A stretch of 64,000 nt of DNA from positions 49,014 to 113,013 of the forward strand of contig JANNXD010000056.1 in NCBI GenBank assembly GCA_031409375.1. The letters run 5' to 3'. The translations under genes were made by a program, and so were the position numbers. Under the pieces are notes generated by a model. It ran no database searches and was not told the DNA's origin. It was given only the letters and a program-made list of their open reading frames with translations. The DNA comes from Gammaproteobacteria bacterium (lineage in GTDB: Bacteria; Pseudomonadota; Gammaproteobacteria; Pseudomonadales; JANQJO01). This document shows positions 10,169 to 21,070 of the stretch, one piece after another; positions within the stretch are counted from its first letter, which is position 1, and each line of letters opens with the position of its first letter.

Positions 10169-11788
10169 ATGTTTTCGGTTGTTTGGGTTCGTCTGAGTGT
10201 AAGTTTGCTGGCTAGTGTGTTGTTAACTGTGGGTTTGTCGGCTTGCGGTGGTGGTGGCGGTGGTAGTGATAACAGTAGTGACAACAGTTTAAATAACGCA
10301 ACGCCGACGCCTGCCGTAACAGCGGCCGCATCCGTAACTCCTTCGGTTACACCAACACCAACACCCATTTCGGGTCTCACTTCTGAGGAAACCACTTTAT
10401 TGTTGAGTCAAGGCGCTGATCAGTTGCGTGCTGTTACCGTCAAAGACACCACAGACCCCATGGTCCAGTTGGGCATGCGCTTGTTTTTTAGCAAAAGTTT
10501 AGGCGGTACCGGCGAAGTGGCTTGCGCCAGTTGCCATCATCCTGCCGTTGGCGGTGGTGATGCGTTACCGATGTCAGTGGGTATCGGGGCTGTCGATCAA
10601 AACGTCGTGGGTGTTGGTCGTGCAACAGCAACTCACAATCCAAAAGTGCCGCGTAATGCCCTGACGGTGTTTAACATGGCACTGTGGGATCAAGGTTTGT
10701 TTTGGGATTCACGCGTTGAAAGCTTAGGTAAAGAGGTTGGCGCGAACGGTAGTGGTTTATCTGGCATCAGCACTTTTGAATCTGCTTTTGGGGTTGCTGA
10801 TCCAGACGCAGGTAAAAATTTACCCTCTGCGCAAGTACGAGCTCCGGTAGTGGGTACTGATGAAATGAAAGGTAATAACTCTGCATTAGGTTCAACGCCA
10901 ACAGAGATTCGACAACATTTGGCTGAGCGTATTGGTGATTATGCTTCGGGTATTGGTGAGCTCAATCCAAATAATTGGTTACCACTCTTTCAGGCGGCGT
11001 TTAATAGCAATGCGTCTCCACCAACTTTGATCACCTTTGAGAATATTGCTTTTGCATTGGGTGAATATGAGCGTTCAATGAACTTTGTGAATAACCCTTG
11101 GCGTGAATTTTTACAAAGCAAGGGTAGTGTCAATAAGCTGAGTAAAGATCAGCTCAAGGGCGCTGTATTATTTTTCAAGAATGCGGATCAAGGTGGCGCA
11201 GGTTGTGTGTCATGTCATCGAGGCCCCTTGTTGTCTGATGAACAGCATCATGTCCTGGGTTACCCCAGTATTGGTCCTGGCCCAGCAGTGGATAATGGTG
11301 ATGATTTTGGTCGCGAAGATGCCACTGGTGATGCTGCCGATCGTTATGCTTTCCGTACGCCGTCATTACTCAATGTTGCATTAACGCAACCTTATGGTCA
11401 CTCAGGCGCCTATGCGACCTTAAACCAGGTAATCAACCATTATCGTAATCCCAGGCAAACGGTCAGCAGCTTTTTTGATGGCGGTGGTTTGTGTCAATTA
11501 CCGGCATTCACGGCTTTAGCCAATTGTGCATCTCTGTTTCTAAATAATCGCGCAAATACCTTGCTGGCAGTTGATAAACTACAGCAACAACAGGCGGCCG
11601 GTGTTTCACAGTTCAAGTCGATTACTTTGAGCAACGCTCAGGCCGCGCAAGTGCTCGAATTTTTACAGGCATTAACCGATCCATGCTTATTAGATCGTGC
11701 TTGTTTTGGTAAATGGATTCCGAGTGCCAGCAATCCGCCCGATAATAATCAATTGAATGCTATTGATCAAAATGGAACGGACTTATAA
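10169..11788 (+). CDS. Di-haem cytochrome c peroxidase / MauG-family lipoprotein
   Basis: Two haem-binding sites (CASCHH and CVSCHRGP). ATG 10169 with GGAG upstream gives signal peptide plus lipobox LTVGLSAC, then a Gly/Ser/Thr/Pro linker. Confidence 0.85.
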   Translation: MFSVVWVRLSVSLLASVLLTVGLSACGGGGGGSDNSSDNSLNNATPTPAVTAAASVTPSVTPTPTPISGLTSEETTLLLSQGADQLRAVTVKDTTDPMVQLGMRLFFSKSLGGTGEVACASCHHPAVGGGDALPMSVGIGAVDQNVVGVGRATATHNPKVPRNALTVFNMALWDQGLFWDSRVESLGKEVGANGSGLSGISTFESAFGVADPDAGKNLPSAQVRAPVVGTDEMKGNNSALGSTPTEIRQHLAERIGDYASGIGELNPNNWLPLFQAAFNSNASPPTLITFENIAFALGEYERSMNFVNNPWREFLQSKGSVNKLSKDQLKGAVLFFKNADQGGAGCVSCHRGPLLSDEQHHVLGYPSIGPGPAVDNGDDFGREDATGDAADRYAFRTPSLLNVALTQPYGHSGAYATLNQVINHYRNPRQTVSSFFDGGGLCQLPAFTALANCASLFLNNRANTLLAVDKLQQQQAAGVSQFKSITLSNAQAAQVLEFLQALTDPCLLDRACFGKWIPSASNPPDNNQLNAIDQNGTDL

Positions 11789-11818
11789 GCTGCGTTGCAT
11801 CAAAATTGAATCAGTCTA

Positions 11819-11849
11819 GGGGCGAGTTTTATTTCGCCCCCTCGATTTT
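11819..11849 (+). terminator. Putative intrinsic terminator after the peroxidase gene
   Basis: GGGGCGA (11819-25) pairs with TCGCCCC (11834-40), followed by CTCGATTTT. Confidence 0.45.
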
Positions 11850-11923
11850 AAAAGTCCAGATTTTCAAAAACCATCAGTCGGCTTTCTCTAGATTTAGAGG
11901 AAAACTAGATTAGAGGAAAAAAA

Positions 11924-12616
11924 TTGCAATCAGCATGGATTGAGCTGAACGGTATTCCGATTCAACTGACGCGTAAAAAAGTCCGCAACTTCATTTTAAA
12001 AGTGGTTGTTCCTGGACGAGTCTGTGTTTCTATGCCTTGGCGGGCACCCCAAGCTGAAGTGCAATCTTGGTTGCTCACAAAGCTGGATTGGATCGAGGCG
12101 CAACGCGCCTTGTACGCCGCGCAACCCTTGATTGCTGAGCCCGAGTATTTGACGGGGGAGGTGCACTGGGTTCGAGGTCAATGTTGTCAGTTATTGGTGA
12201 GTCATGCCGATACCGTTGCCATTGCGCATGACGTCGTTACACAACAACTCAGATTACAACTCCCAGAGCATTACTCTCAACTACAGCGACAGCAATTACT
12301 TGAGCGTTGGCATCGTCAGCAGTTGAGCGATTGCTTGCCTGGTTTAATCTATCATTGGCAAAGTATTATTGGGGTTAGTGTCAATGAATGGCGTATCCGT
12401 AAAATGCGCACTCGCTGGGGCAGTTGTAATATTCAGGATAAGCGCATTTGGTTTAATCTTGAGCTGGCGAAAAAATCATTGGCCTGTGTCGAATATATTG
12501 TGGTGCATGAGTTGGTGCATTTGCATGAGCGCTATCACAATGCGCGATTTTATGCCTATATGGATCGTTTTCTGCCCGATTGGCGACAGCATAAGCAGCA
12601 GTTGAATTACGGATAA
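11924..12616 (+). CDS. YgjP-like metal-dependent hydrolase (DUF45 / M48-like)
   Basis: 230 aa; WGSC motif and HELVHLHERYHNARF (HExxH) near the C-terminus; TTG start per the ORF track. Confidence 0.8.
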   Translation: MQSAWIELNGIPIQLTRKKVRNFILKVVVPGRVCVSMPWRAPQAEVQSWLLTKLDWIEAQRALYAAQPLIAEPEYLTGEVHWVRGQCCQLLVSHADTVAIAHDVVTQQLRLQLPEHYSQLQRQQLLERWHRQQLSDCLPGLIYHWQSIIGVSVNEWRIRKMRTRWGSCNIQDKRIWFNLELAKKSLACVEYIVVHELVHLHERYHNARFYAYMDRFLPDWRQHKQQLNYG

Positions 12617-12671
12617 CATAGCTCTGTAAAAAACCGATTTTCAGTAGAAGTCTTACCCTGCAGGTATCAAC

Positions 12672-13706
12672 ATGATCGCACACCGTTTTCTTGCTGCTTT
12701 GCAGCGTAAGCCCGTTGATAAAACACCGATTTGGATTATGCGCCAAGCAGGGCGCTATTTGCCCGAGTATCGCCAAGTACGCCAACAAGCCGGTAACTTT
12801 TTAAACCTGTGTCAAAACCCACAGCTGGCCTGCGAAGTGACTATGCAGCCGTTGCGACGGTTTGACTTGGACGCGGCGATTTTATTTTCAGATATTCTCA
12901 CTATTCCCGATGCCATGGGCTTGGGTTTGTATTTCGCCGAAGGCGAGGGCCCGTGTTTTAAGCAGGCTGTAACTACTGCGCAGGATATTGCTGCTTTACC
13001 TGAGCTCGATACGCCAAAACAATTAAGCTATGTATTAGAAACGGTGGAGCGAATTAAAACTGCACTCAATAATCGCCTGCCGCTGATTGGGTTTTCAGGT
13101 AGTCCCTGGACGTTAGCGACCTATATGGTCGAAGGCGGTGCGAGCAAAGAATTTCTGCAAATTAAAAAAATGTTGTACAGCGAGCCGCAAACGTTGCATC
13201 TATTACTGACAAAACTCAGTGATGCCGTGGTCGATTATCTCTCCGCGCAAATTAAAGCCGGTGTCGATGCGGTGCAGATTTTTGATACCTGGGGCGGTGT
13301 ACTCACCACACCCCATTACCAGCAATTTTCATTGCACTACTTGCACGATATTGTGCAGCGTCTGCAAGCGGTCAGTAATGTCCCAATTATTTTGTTCACC
13401 AAAGGTGGTGGCCAATGGTTGCCACAAATTGCCAAAACCGGTGCAGCTGCTGTGGGTGTGGATTGGACCTGGCAGATTGGCAAAGCTTTTGAACAGGTTG
13501 GTGATCAAGTGGCGCTGCAAGGCAACCTCGATCCCGCTGCCTTGCTGGGCTCTCCCGAGCAATTAAAAATTGAAGCAGAAAATATCCTGCGAGCTGTTAA
13601 TGGTCGGCCTGGGCATATTTTTAATTTAGGCCACGGCATCAGTCAGCATGTCAATCCCGATCAGGTGCAGGTATTGGTGGATGCTGTGCATGGATTTGTA
13701 AATTAG
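12672..13706 (+). CDS. hemE: Uroporphyrinogen decarboxylase
   Basis: 344 aa; [17 protein letters not shown]-terminal signature. Confidence 0.95.
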   Translation: MIAHRFLAALQRKPVDKTPIWIMRQAGRYLPEYRQVRQQAGNFLNLCQNPQLACEVTMQPLRRFDLDAAILFSDILTIPDAMGLGLYFAEGEGPCFKQAVTTAQDIAALPELDTPKQLSYVLETVERIKTALNNRLPLIGFSGSPWTLATYMVEGGASKEFLQIKKMLYSEPQTLHLLLTKLSDAVVDYLSAQIKAGVDAVQIFDTWGGVLTTPHYQQFSLHYLHDIVQRLQAVSNVPIILFTKGGGQWLPQIAKTGAAAVGVDWTWQIGKAFEQVGDQVALQGNLDPAALLGSPEQLKIEAENILRAVNGRPGHIFNLGHGISQHVNPDQVQVLVDAVHGFVN

Positions 13707-13834
13707 CGTATGTAAAATATCCAGTCTTGTCAGACGTGTTAGGGCTGCTTGCAGGGCTTTGTGACAATAGGCTTCTGTGGTAGAGTTGCCTACCTTTTAA
13801 TGCCTCGAATTGCTGATGGACTTGTTGCATCCCT

Positions 13835-16549
13835 ATGGTTGATTTTGCCAAAGAAATTATTCCGATCAATATCGAAGAAGAGCTCAAGCGGTCGTATTTA
13901 GATTATGCGATGAGCGTTATTGTTGGCCGAGCGTTGCCAGATGTGCGGGACGGTTTAAAGCCAGTGCATCGTCGGGTACTGTTTGCGATGAGCGAGCTGG
14001 GCAACGACTGGAACAAGGCTTATAAAAAGTCGGCACGTATCGTCGGTGATGTCATCGGTAAATACCATCCGCATGGTGATACGGCGGTGTATGACACCAT
14101 TGTCCGCATGGCGCAGCCGTTTTCGATGCGGTATACGCTGATTGATGGTCAGGGTAACTTCGGTTCGGTGGATGGCGATAATCCAGCGGCGATGCGTTAC
14201 ACCGAAATTCGCATGGATAAGCTGGCGCATGAGCTGCTGGCAGATTTGGATAAAGAAACTGTTGATTTTGTGCCGAACTATGATGGCACGGAAATGATGC
14301 CATCAGTCATGCCCAGCCGTATTCCTGCGCTGCTCATTAATGGTTCTTCCGGTATTGCGGTGGGCATGGCGACTAATATTCCACCCCACAATTTAACTGA
14401 AATCATCAACGCTTGTTTGGCCATACTCGATCAGCCACAGATCACCATTGATGATCTATTGGGCTTTGTGCAAGGCCCGGATTTTCCTACTGCCGCTTTT
14501 ATTAATGGCCGAGCAGGTATTGTGGAAGCCTACAAAACTGGTCGTGGTCGTATTTATGTTCGTGCCAAAGCCGAAGTGATTCAGGATGAAAAGGCCGGTC
14601 GTGAAGTTGTGCTGATTCATGAGTTGCCGTATCAGGTGAACAAAGCGCGTCTGATTGAAAAGATATCCGAGCTGGTAAAAGATAAAAAACTTGAGGGCAT
14701 CAGCGCCCTACGCGATGAGTCGGATAAAGATGGCATGCGCGTGGTGATCGAAATGAAGCGCGGTGAAATGGGCGAAGTATTGCTCAATAATCTCTACGCT
14801 CAAACGCAATTGCAAACCGTGTTTGGTATTAACATGGTGGCGATTGTGGATAATCGTCCGCAAACGCTCAATCTTAAGCAAATCCTGGAATGTTTTTTAC
14901 ATCATCGTCGCGAAGTGGTCACGCGCCGCACTGTGTATTTGTTGCGAAAAGCCCGTGAGCGTGGTCATATTTTAGAAGGGTTGGCCATTGCGTTAGCCAA
15001 TATCGATCCCATTATCGCGACCATTAAAGCGTCCGCCACGACTGCGGAAGCACGCGATCGTTTGCTTGCCGAACCTTGGCAGCTAGGATCGGTTGCCGAT
15101 ATGTTGGTGCGTGCGGGCAGTGAAACCATTTGTCGACCTTTAGATTTAGCGGATGAATTTGGTATTCATGATCGGCTTTATCATTTGTCACCGGTGCAAG
15201 CGCAAGCGATTTTGGATTTGCGTTTACAAAAATTGACCGGTCTTGAGCACGACAAGCTGATTGAAGAGTATCAAGAGAAAATCGATATCATTAATGATCT
15301 CAGTGAAATTTTGGTTAATCCTGATCGCCTACTGCAAGTCATCCGCGATGAACTCACCCATATTCGAGATGAATATGGTGATGCCCGCCGTACACAAATT
15401 ATTGCTGCGCAGCACGACTTTACGGTTGAAGATTTAATCTCCGAAGAAACCATGGTGCTGACCATTTCCCATGGCGGTTATGCGAAAACGCAGCCTATTG
15501 CTGATTATCGTGCGCAAAAACGCGGCGGTCGTGGTCGCAGTGCCACCGCTGTAAAAGATGAAGATTATATTGAGCATTTATTGGTGGCCGGTACGCATGA
15601 TCAAATTTTATGTTTTACCAGCGCAGGTAAAGTCTATTGGTTAAAGGTCTATCAAATTCCACCGGCGAGTCGCGGCTCGCGAGGCAAGCCAGTGGTGAAT
15701 CTGCTGCCATTGGAAGGCACAGAAAAAATTACCGCCATTCTGCCCTTGACCAAAGATGTGCAAGCCCAGTTTATTTTTATGGCCACCGCTCAAGGTACAG
15801 TTAAAAAAGTTGAAGTTGAACAGTTCTCACGACCCCGCAGTAATGGTTTAATTGCGTTGGATCTGGATGAAGGTGATACCTTGGTTGGTGCGGCGCTGAC
15901 GTTAGGCAATCAAAACATCATGATGTTTAGCAATGCCGGCAAAGGTATTCGTTTTAGTGAAGAAGATGTACGTGCCATGGGGCGTACGGCGCGTGGTGTG
16001 CGGGGTATTCGTTTGGGTAAAGGCCAGCGAGTGATTGCCATGTTAGTTGAGCAACCCGATCAAGAGCTGTTGACCACCAGCGCCAATGGTTATGGCAAAC
16101 GCGTCCGCATTGATGATTTTTCATTGCAAGGCCGTGGTGGCCAAGGCGTGATTGCCATGATCACCAATGAGCGTAACGGCGAAATGGTCGCCGCGCTGCA
16201 AGTGACCACGGCTGACCATATCATGTTGATCAGTGATCAAGGCACCCTAGTGCGCACAGAGGTTGAGCAAATTTCTTTACTGAGTCGTAACACCCAAGGC
16301 GTGGTGTTAATTAAACTTGGCGACAATGAGCATTTGGTGGGTGTCGAGCGCATTGATGCTAAAGATATTATTGAAGAAGTTTCCGAGCTAGATGGGGTTG
16401 CAGAACATCTAGATCATCATGGTGATGCGCTCAATACTGTCGACGATGACATTGCGATTGATGCATTGGATGACTTAGATGAAGCTTCTCGTGATGAGTC
16501 TGATCAAGATGAAGCTGACCATCCTGATGAAAATGAACAGGAAGATTAA
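13835..16549 (+). CDS. gyrA: DNA gyrase subunit A
   Basis: 904 aa; [27 protein letters not shown], the [12 protein letters not shown] region, and an acidic C-terminal tail. Confidence 0.97.
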   Translation: MVDFAKEIIPINIEEELKRSYLDYAMSVIVGRALPDVRDGLKPVHRRVLFAMSELGNDWNKAYKKSARIVGDVIGKYHPHGDTAVYDTIVRMAQPFSMRYTLIDGQGNFGSVDGDNPAAMRYTEIRMDKLAHELLADLDKETVDFVPNYDGTEMMPSVMPSRIPALLINGSSGIAVGMATNIPPHNLTEIINACLAILDQPQITIDDLLGFVQGPDFPTAAFINGRAGIVEAYKTGRGRIYVRAKAEVIQDEKAGREVVLIHELPYQVNKARLIEKISELVKDKKLEGISALRDESDKDGMRVVIEMKRGEMGEVLLNNLYAQTQLQTVFGINMVAIVDNRPQTLNLKQILECFLHHRREVVTRRTVYLLRKARERGHILEGLAIALANIDPIIATIKASATTAEARDRLLAEPWQLGSVADMLVRAGSETICRPLDLADEFGIHDRLYHLSPVQAQAILDLRLQKLTGLEHDKLIEEYQEKIDIINDLSEILVNPDRLLQVIRDELTHIRDEYGDARRTQIIAAQHDFTVEDLISEETMVLTISHGGYAKTQPIADYRAQKRGGRGRSATAVKDEDYIEHLLVAGTHDQILCFTSAGKVYWLKVYQIPPASRGSRGKPVVNLLPLEGTEKITAILPLTKDVQAQFIFMATAQGTVKKVEVEQFSRPRSNGLIALDLDEGDTLVGAALTLGNQNIMMFSNAGKGIRFSEEDVRAMGRTARGVRGIRLGKGQRVIAMLVEQPDQELLTTSANGYGKRVRIDDFSLQGRGGQGVIAMITNERNGEMVAALQVTTADHIMLISDQGTLVRTEVEQISLLSRNTQGVVLIKLGDNEHLVGVERIDAKDIIEEVSELDGVAEHLDHHGDALNTVDDDIAIDALDDLDEASRDESDQDEADHPDENEQED

Positions 16550-16551
16550 TC

Positions 16552-17652
16552 GTGACGCGTGTTTATAATTTTTGTGCCGGTCCGGCGGCAATCCCTGAAA
16601 GCGTTTTACAACAAGCCCAAGCAGAATTGTTAGACTATCAAGGCATGGGTGCTTCGGTGATGGAAATCACGCATCGTGGTCCGGAATTTATGGCGATGGC
16701 CGCACAAGCTGAGCAGGATGTGCGGGATCTATTAAATGTGCCGGATCATTATCGAGTGCTGTTCGTGCAGGGGGGGGCCAGTTTGCAGTTCTCGATGGTC
16801 CCATTAAATCTGTTTGGGGTCCGTACTTTAAATGGCAAAGCCCTGCCAGCTGAATATATCAATACCGGTGTTTGGTCGGAAAAAGCCATTGAAGAAGCCA
16901 AGCGCTTTGGTGATGTACAGGTGATTGCCGATGCTACGCCGAGTCACTGGCGAAGTATTCCAGAGCCAAGTGCCTGGCAAATTTTACCACAGGCGGCTTA
17001 TTGCCATTACACACCCAATGAAACCATTCAAGGTTTGGAGTTCGGTTATATACCGGATCGCGGTGATATTCCGTTAGTGGCCGATATGTCGTCTACGATT
17101 TTTTCTAGACCAATGGATGTCAGTAAGTTTGGCGTTATTTACGCGGGTGCCCAAAAAAATATTGGTCCGTCTGGATTAACCTTGGTGATTGTGCGCGAAG
17201 ATTTAATGGCTAAGCCGTTAACGCAAACGCCGCAATTGTTGCGTTATCAAACCTATGCTGAACATGATTCTATGTTTAATACCCCACCGACTTTTTCCTG
17301 GTATCTGTCAGGCCTAGTTTTTAAATGGCTCAAAGCACAAGGTGGTCTTGAGGCTATGGCGGTGATCAATCAACGCAAAGCCCAAAAGCTGTATCAGTTT
17401 ATTGATGGACATGATTTTTATACCAATCATGTCGAAGCGGCTTATCGCTCATGGATGAATGTGCCTTTTACTTTGGCCGATGAAAGCAAAGAAAAGCTTT
17501 TTCTACAAGAGTCGCAGCAAGCCGGTTTACTAAATTTAAAGGGCCATCGAATCGTCGGTGGTATGCGTGCCAGTATTTATAATGCGGTGCCAGAAGCGGC
17601 GATTGATGCGCTGATCGCATTTATGCAAGATTTTGCTGCGCGATACGCGTAA
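16552..17652 (+). CDS. serC: Phosphoserine aminotransferase
   Basis: 366 aa; FCAGPA N-terminus, GAQKNIGPSGLT PLP-lysine region; gyrA-serC-pheA synteny. Confidence 0.95.
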   Translation: MTRVYNFCAGPAAIPESVLQQAQAELLDYQGMGASVMEITHRGPEFMAMAAQAEQDVRDLLNVPDHYRVLFVQGGASLQFSMVPLNLFGVRTLNGKALPAEYINTGVWSEKAIEEAKRFGDVQVIADATPSHWRSIPEPSAWQILPQAAYCHYTPNETIQGLEFGYIPDRGDIPLVADMSSTIFSRPMDVSKFGVIYAGAQKNIGPSGLTLVIVREDLMAKPLTQTPQLLRYQTYAEHDSMFNTPPTFSWYLSGLVFKWLKAQGGLEAMAVINQRKAQKLYQFIDGHDFYTNHVEAAYRSWMNVPFTLADESKEKLFLQESQQAGLLNLKGHRIVGGMRASIYNAVPEAAIDALIAFMQDFAARYA

Positions 17653-17669
17653 ATGTGTGAGCGAGTAAA

Positions 17670-18797
17670 ATGACAGAATCAATCACTCAGCCAGTCACAC
17701 AACCAACCACACAACAAGCTTTACAGCAAGTCCGCAGTGAAATTGATGCGCTGGACGTACAGATTCAAACCCTGATTAATCAACGTGCCCAGTGCGCGTT
17801 GCGCGTTGCCGACATTAAAAAACAAGCGGCACCCGATACGTCGGTGGATTTTTTTCGACCTGAACGAGAAGCCGAAGTGTTGCGTAATGTCATGGCTCGC
17901 AATCAAGGTCCGATCGAAGATGAGCAGATGGCGCGTTTATTTCGGCAGATTATGTCCAGTTGTTTAGCACTGGAGCAAACCTTAAAAATTGCCTATCTCG
18001 GACCCGCTGGTACCTTTACGCAACAAGCGGCGTTAAAACATTTTGGTCATGCGGTGCAGACTCGGCCACTGGGTACGATTGATGAAGTGTTTCGTGAGGT
18101 CGAAGCCGGTGCGGTGAATTTTGCTGTGGTGCCGGTGGAAAACTCCACCGAAGGTATGGTCAATACCACGCTGGATGCCTTTATGGATACGCAAGTGAAA
18201 ATTTGTGGAGAGGTGGCCTTACGCATCCATCAACATTTACTGGTTAGTGAGAACACCAAGCCTTCGCAAATCACGCGGATTTATTCACACCCTCAATCTT
18301 TGGCACAGTGTCGTCGTTGGTTAGATAATCATTTCCCAGGTGTTGAACGTCATGCGGTGAGCAGTAATGCTGATGCGGCTAAACGCGTTAGCGGCGAGTG
18401 GAATGCCGCCGCGATTGCAGGTGATATGGCGGCTGAGCTCTATGGCTTAACTAAATTTGCTGAAAATATTGAGGACAATCCGAACAACACTACGCGATTT
18501 TTAGTCATCGGTCATCAGAAAATTCCACCAACAGCGGATGATAAAACCTCGATTATCGTCTCAACTCGCAATGAACCTGGCGCTTTATATCGCTTGCTCG
18601 AACCGTTTGAAAAAGCCGGTATCAGTTTGACGCGCATCGAAACTCGCCCAAGTCGCTCTAGCGTTTGGGCCTATGTATTTTTTATCGATTTTGAAGGCCA
18701 TCATGAGACGTCATCTATTCAAACGATTTTGACACAAATTCAAAACAACGGCACCGAAGTCAAGTTTTTGGGTTCTTATCCAAGGGCGGTTCTTTAG
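17670..18797 (+). CDS. pheA: Bifunctional chorismate mutase / prephenate dehydratase
   Basis: 375 aa; N-terminal CM_2 helix region, PDT domain (IAYLGPAGTFT), C-terminal ACT domain (TRIETRPS). Confidence 0.93.
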   Translation: MTESITQPVTQPTTQQALQQVRSEIDALDVQIQTLINQRAQCALRVADIKKQAAPDTSVDFFRPEREAEVLRNVMARNQGPIEDEQMARLFRQIMSSCLALEQTLKIAYLGPAGTFTQQAALKHFGHAVQTRPLGTIDEVFREVEAGAVNFAVVPVENSTEGMVNTTLDAFMDTQVKICGEVALRIHQHLLVSENTKPSQITRIYSHPQSLAQCRRWLDNHFPGVERHAVSSNADAAKRVSGEWNAAAIAGDMAAELYGLTKFAENIEDNPNNTTRFLVIGHQKIPPTADDKTSIIVSTRNEPGALYRLLEPFEKAGISLTRIETRPSRSSVWAYVFFIDFEGHHETSSIQTILTQIQNNGTEVKFLGSYPRAVL

Positions 18798-18877
18798 TTT
18801 TACGAATAACTTGCAGCAAAACTCCCCGTTTGCATTATCATTGTTAGAGTATCTTTCTACTGTCCAGAGGAGTGGTT

Positions 18878-19411
18878 ATGCGTATACGTTTTGGTCTTGA
18901 TGTTTTAAGAGCAGGTGTTTTGAGTGTGGGTGTGTTGAGCTTGTGTTTGTTGAGTCAAGCGACATGGGCAGTCAAAGAAAGCGACAAGGCACCTGCCGTC
19001 GTTGTGCCAAGCTTGAAAGATGCAACTACCCTTGATCTTAGCAAGCTTCAAGGCAAAGTAGTATTACTGGATTTTTGGGCTTCTTGGTGCGGGCCTTGTC
19101 GTAAATCACTACCCCTTTACAATGATCTACGCAAAAATTTTGCGGGTCAGCCTTTTGAAATTGTTGCCGTCAGCGTGGATGCGAATAAAGACGATGCAAT
19201 GGGGTTTTTACAAAAATTCCCTTTAGATTTTCTGGTTGGTTGGGATTCATCCGCGAAATTAGCGGAAACCTATGAAGTTCCGGGTATGCCATCGTCTTAT
19301 ATCATTTCGCCAGATGGAATCGTCAAGCATATTCACAAAGGTTTTCATGACGATGAAATTGATAAATTAAAACAAGAAATTCAAGCTTTACTACCTGCAA
19401 AAGCGCAATAA
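18878..19411 (+). CDS. TlpA/ResA-like periplasmic thiol:disulfide oxidoreductase
   Basis: Signal peptide and the FWASWCGPC thioredoxin motif. ATG 18878 is preferred over GTG 18872 because of the AGGAG 5 nt upstream. Confidence 0.8.
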   Translation: MRIRFGLDVLRAGVLSVGVLSLCLLSQATWAVKESDKAPAVVVPSLKDATTLDLSKLQGKVVLLDFWASWCGPCRKSLPLYNDLRKNFAGQPFEIVAVSVDANKDDAMGFLQKFPLDFLVGWDSSAKLAETYEVPGMPSSYIISPDGIVKHIHKGFHDDEIDKLKQEIQALLPAKAQ

Positions 19412-19556
19412 CGATAAGCCCAACAACTGTTATTCCTCACCGTGATGCGCTGAGTTTGTGCAGAGCATCACGACTGGGCAGTTTCTTTCTACAGGATGAT
19501 GGCGATTCTCCAGTTTGCTTCTATATTAATTACATTCACGGATGGAGAGATTGATC

Positions 19557-19781
19557 ATGACCCAACCCTCGCGAGTGTTAAGTTGCTGCGTATTAATTGC
19601 AATGATCAGCGGATGCACGGTGGTTGAAGTAAAGCCTTGGCAACGGAATATTTTAGCTAAACCGGTGATGGCAGGTAATGCTGATTCTGCATTAGCCGGT
19701 ATTCGTGACCATGTTTTTTTCAGTAAAGAAGGTGCAACCGGTACTGCGAGCGCCGGTGGCGGTGGTTGTGGTTGTAATTAA
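19557..19781 (+). CDS. DUF4266-type small lipoprotein with a C-terminal GGGGCGCN tail
   Basis: ATG 19557 (GGAGAG upstream) gives MTQPSRVLSCCVLIAMISGC, a lipobox. KPWQR motif and terminal Gly-rich C-G-C-N. Confidence 0.72.
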   Translation: MTQPSRVLSCCVLIAMISGCTVVEVKPWQRNILAKPVMAGNADSALAGIRDHVFFSKEGATGTASAGGGGCGCN

Positions 19782-19813
19782 AATATTCTGTTAATTGATT
19801 TTTCACGGATGAG

Positions 19814-21070
19814 ATGCTGCTTATGACATCCCCACGTAATGCTCCGGCAAGTATTCAAACTGCAAAAAATGTTTCCACTAGAGCTTCTCACTATGAGGTT
19901 TCCACAAAATTATGGGCATTAACGTCAGCTGCGTTGGCTATGCCCGGTATTGCTCAGGCAGCAGTGCCCCCCGAAAAGCCAATATTTGGTCTTCGGTTAT
20001 CCCAATATAGTGAAGATGCCCTACAGGCGAGTAACACGTTAGGTAATCAGGCGGTTGATCGTTATGACATAGGGGTGATGCATTTAAATGGTGTGATTCC
20101 TTACTCGGAAAAAGTCTCGTTTGCGGTTGATATGGAATATGAAACCATGTCGGGTGCCAGCCCTTGGTATAGCATTAAGGATCCCGCTAGCAATAAGGCT
20201 AAGGTGGTGATGACGGGTGCCAGTATTGACGATACACGTTTGGATATGAATGCTTCAGGCAGTTATTATTTGCCAGATGCCCGTCTCGATGTCCATACGG
20301 GTTTTTCCACTGAAGAAGATTACCAATCTTTTTCGGGCGGGATGGGTACTGCGCTAGAGTTTTATCAGCAGCAATTAGTCGTCGATATGGGCATGAGTTT
20401 TTCAGCGGATCGTTTACAACCTACGCCACACTCTCAACTTTTGGCGGATAATCAGAAACGCACAACCGATGAGCGTAAAGGCAGTTATGGGATTTATGTG
20501 GGATTCACGCAGGTGGTCAATCGTTTAATGACTTTTCAGTCCGGCGTTAATATGCTGCTAAAAACCGGATATTTAAGTGATCCTTATAAGTTGGTGCAAG
20601 TAGCTGATATGACTGGTTTTCCGCAGGTGGTAAGTGAAAATCGTCCGGGTGATCGTTCGAGTGTGGTCTGGGTTAACCGCGTGCGTGCCTATTTTGAAGA
20701 TTATTCCGGTGCTTTGCATTTGGATTATCGTTATTACAGCGACAACTGGAATCTAACTTCTAATACGTTTGAATTAAGTTGGAACCAAGAGCTTAAAGGC
20801 AATTGGACGCTGACACCTGGCATTCGCTGGTATCAGCAAAGCGAAGCGTCATTTTATGCCCCCTATTATTTAGCGCCACGAGCTGATGAGTTTTATAGTA
20901 GCGATTATCGTTTATCCGATTTTACAGCTATGAGCTATTATTTTGATGTGCGTAAAAAATTGGGTGATGTGGATATAGTATTTGCTTTCGAGGATTACAC
21001 CAGCTCTGGCGATAACCCGGCCTTGACCAATTTCATGTTAATGACGGTGGGTTTTGATTACCGTTTCTGA
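19814..21070 (+). CDS. DUF3570-type predicted outer-membrane beta-barrel protein
   Basis: 418 aa; h-region LWALTSAALAMPGIAQA; alternating beta-strand-like sequence; ends GFDYRF, an aromatic OMP terminus; contains MSGAS and MTGAS motifs. Confidence 0.72.
   Translation: MLLMTSPRNAPASIQTAKNVSTRASHYEVSTKLWALTSAALAMPGIAQAAVPPEKPIFGLRLSQYSEDALQASNTLGNQAVDRYDIGVMHLNGVIPYSEKVSFAVDMEYETMSGASPWYSIKDPASNKAKVVMTGASIDDTRLDMNASGSYYLPDARLDVHTGFSTEEDYQSFSGGMGTALEFYQQQLVVDMGMSFSADRLQPTPHSQLLADNQKRTTDERKGSYGIYVGFTQVVNRLMTFQSGVNMLLKTGYLSDPYKLVQVADMTGFPQVVSENRPGDRSSVVWVNRVRAYFEDYSGALHLDYRYYSDNWNLTSNTFELSWNQELKGNWTLTPGIRWYQQSEASFYAPYYLAPRADEFYSSDYRLSDFTAMSYYFDVRKKLGDVDIVFAFEDYTSSGDNPALTNFMLMTVGFDYRF

Noticed and set aside
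10096-10395. 99-aa minus-strand ORF rich in Pro/Val/Gly/Thr
   Set aside because: It is the mirror image of the low-complexity Gly/Ser/Thr/Pro linker of the peroxidase lipoprotein on the plus strand. It has no independent support.
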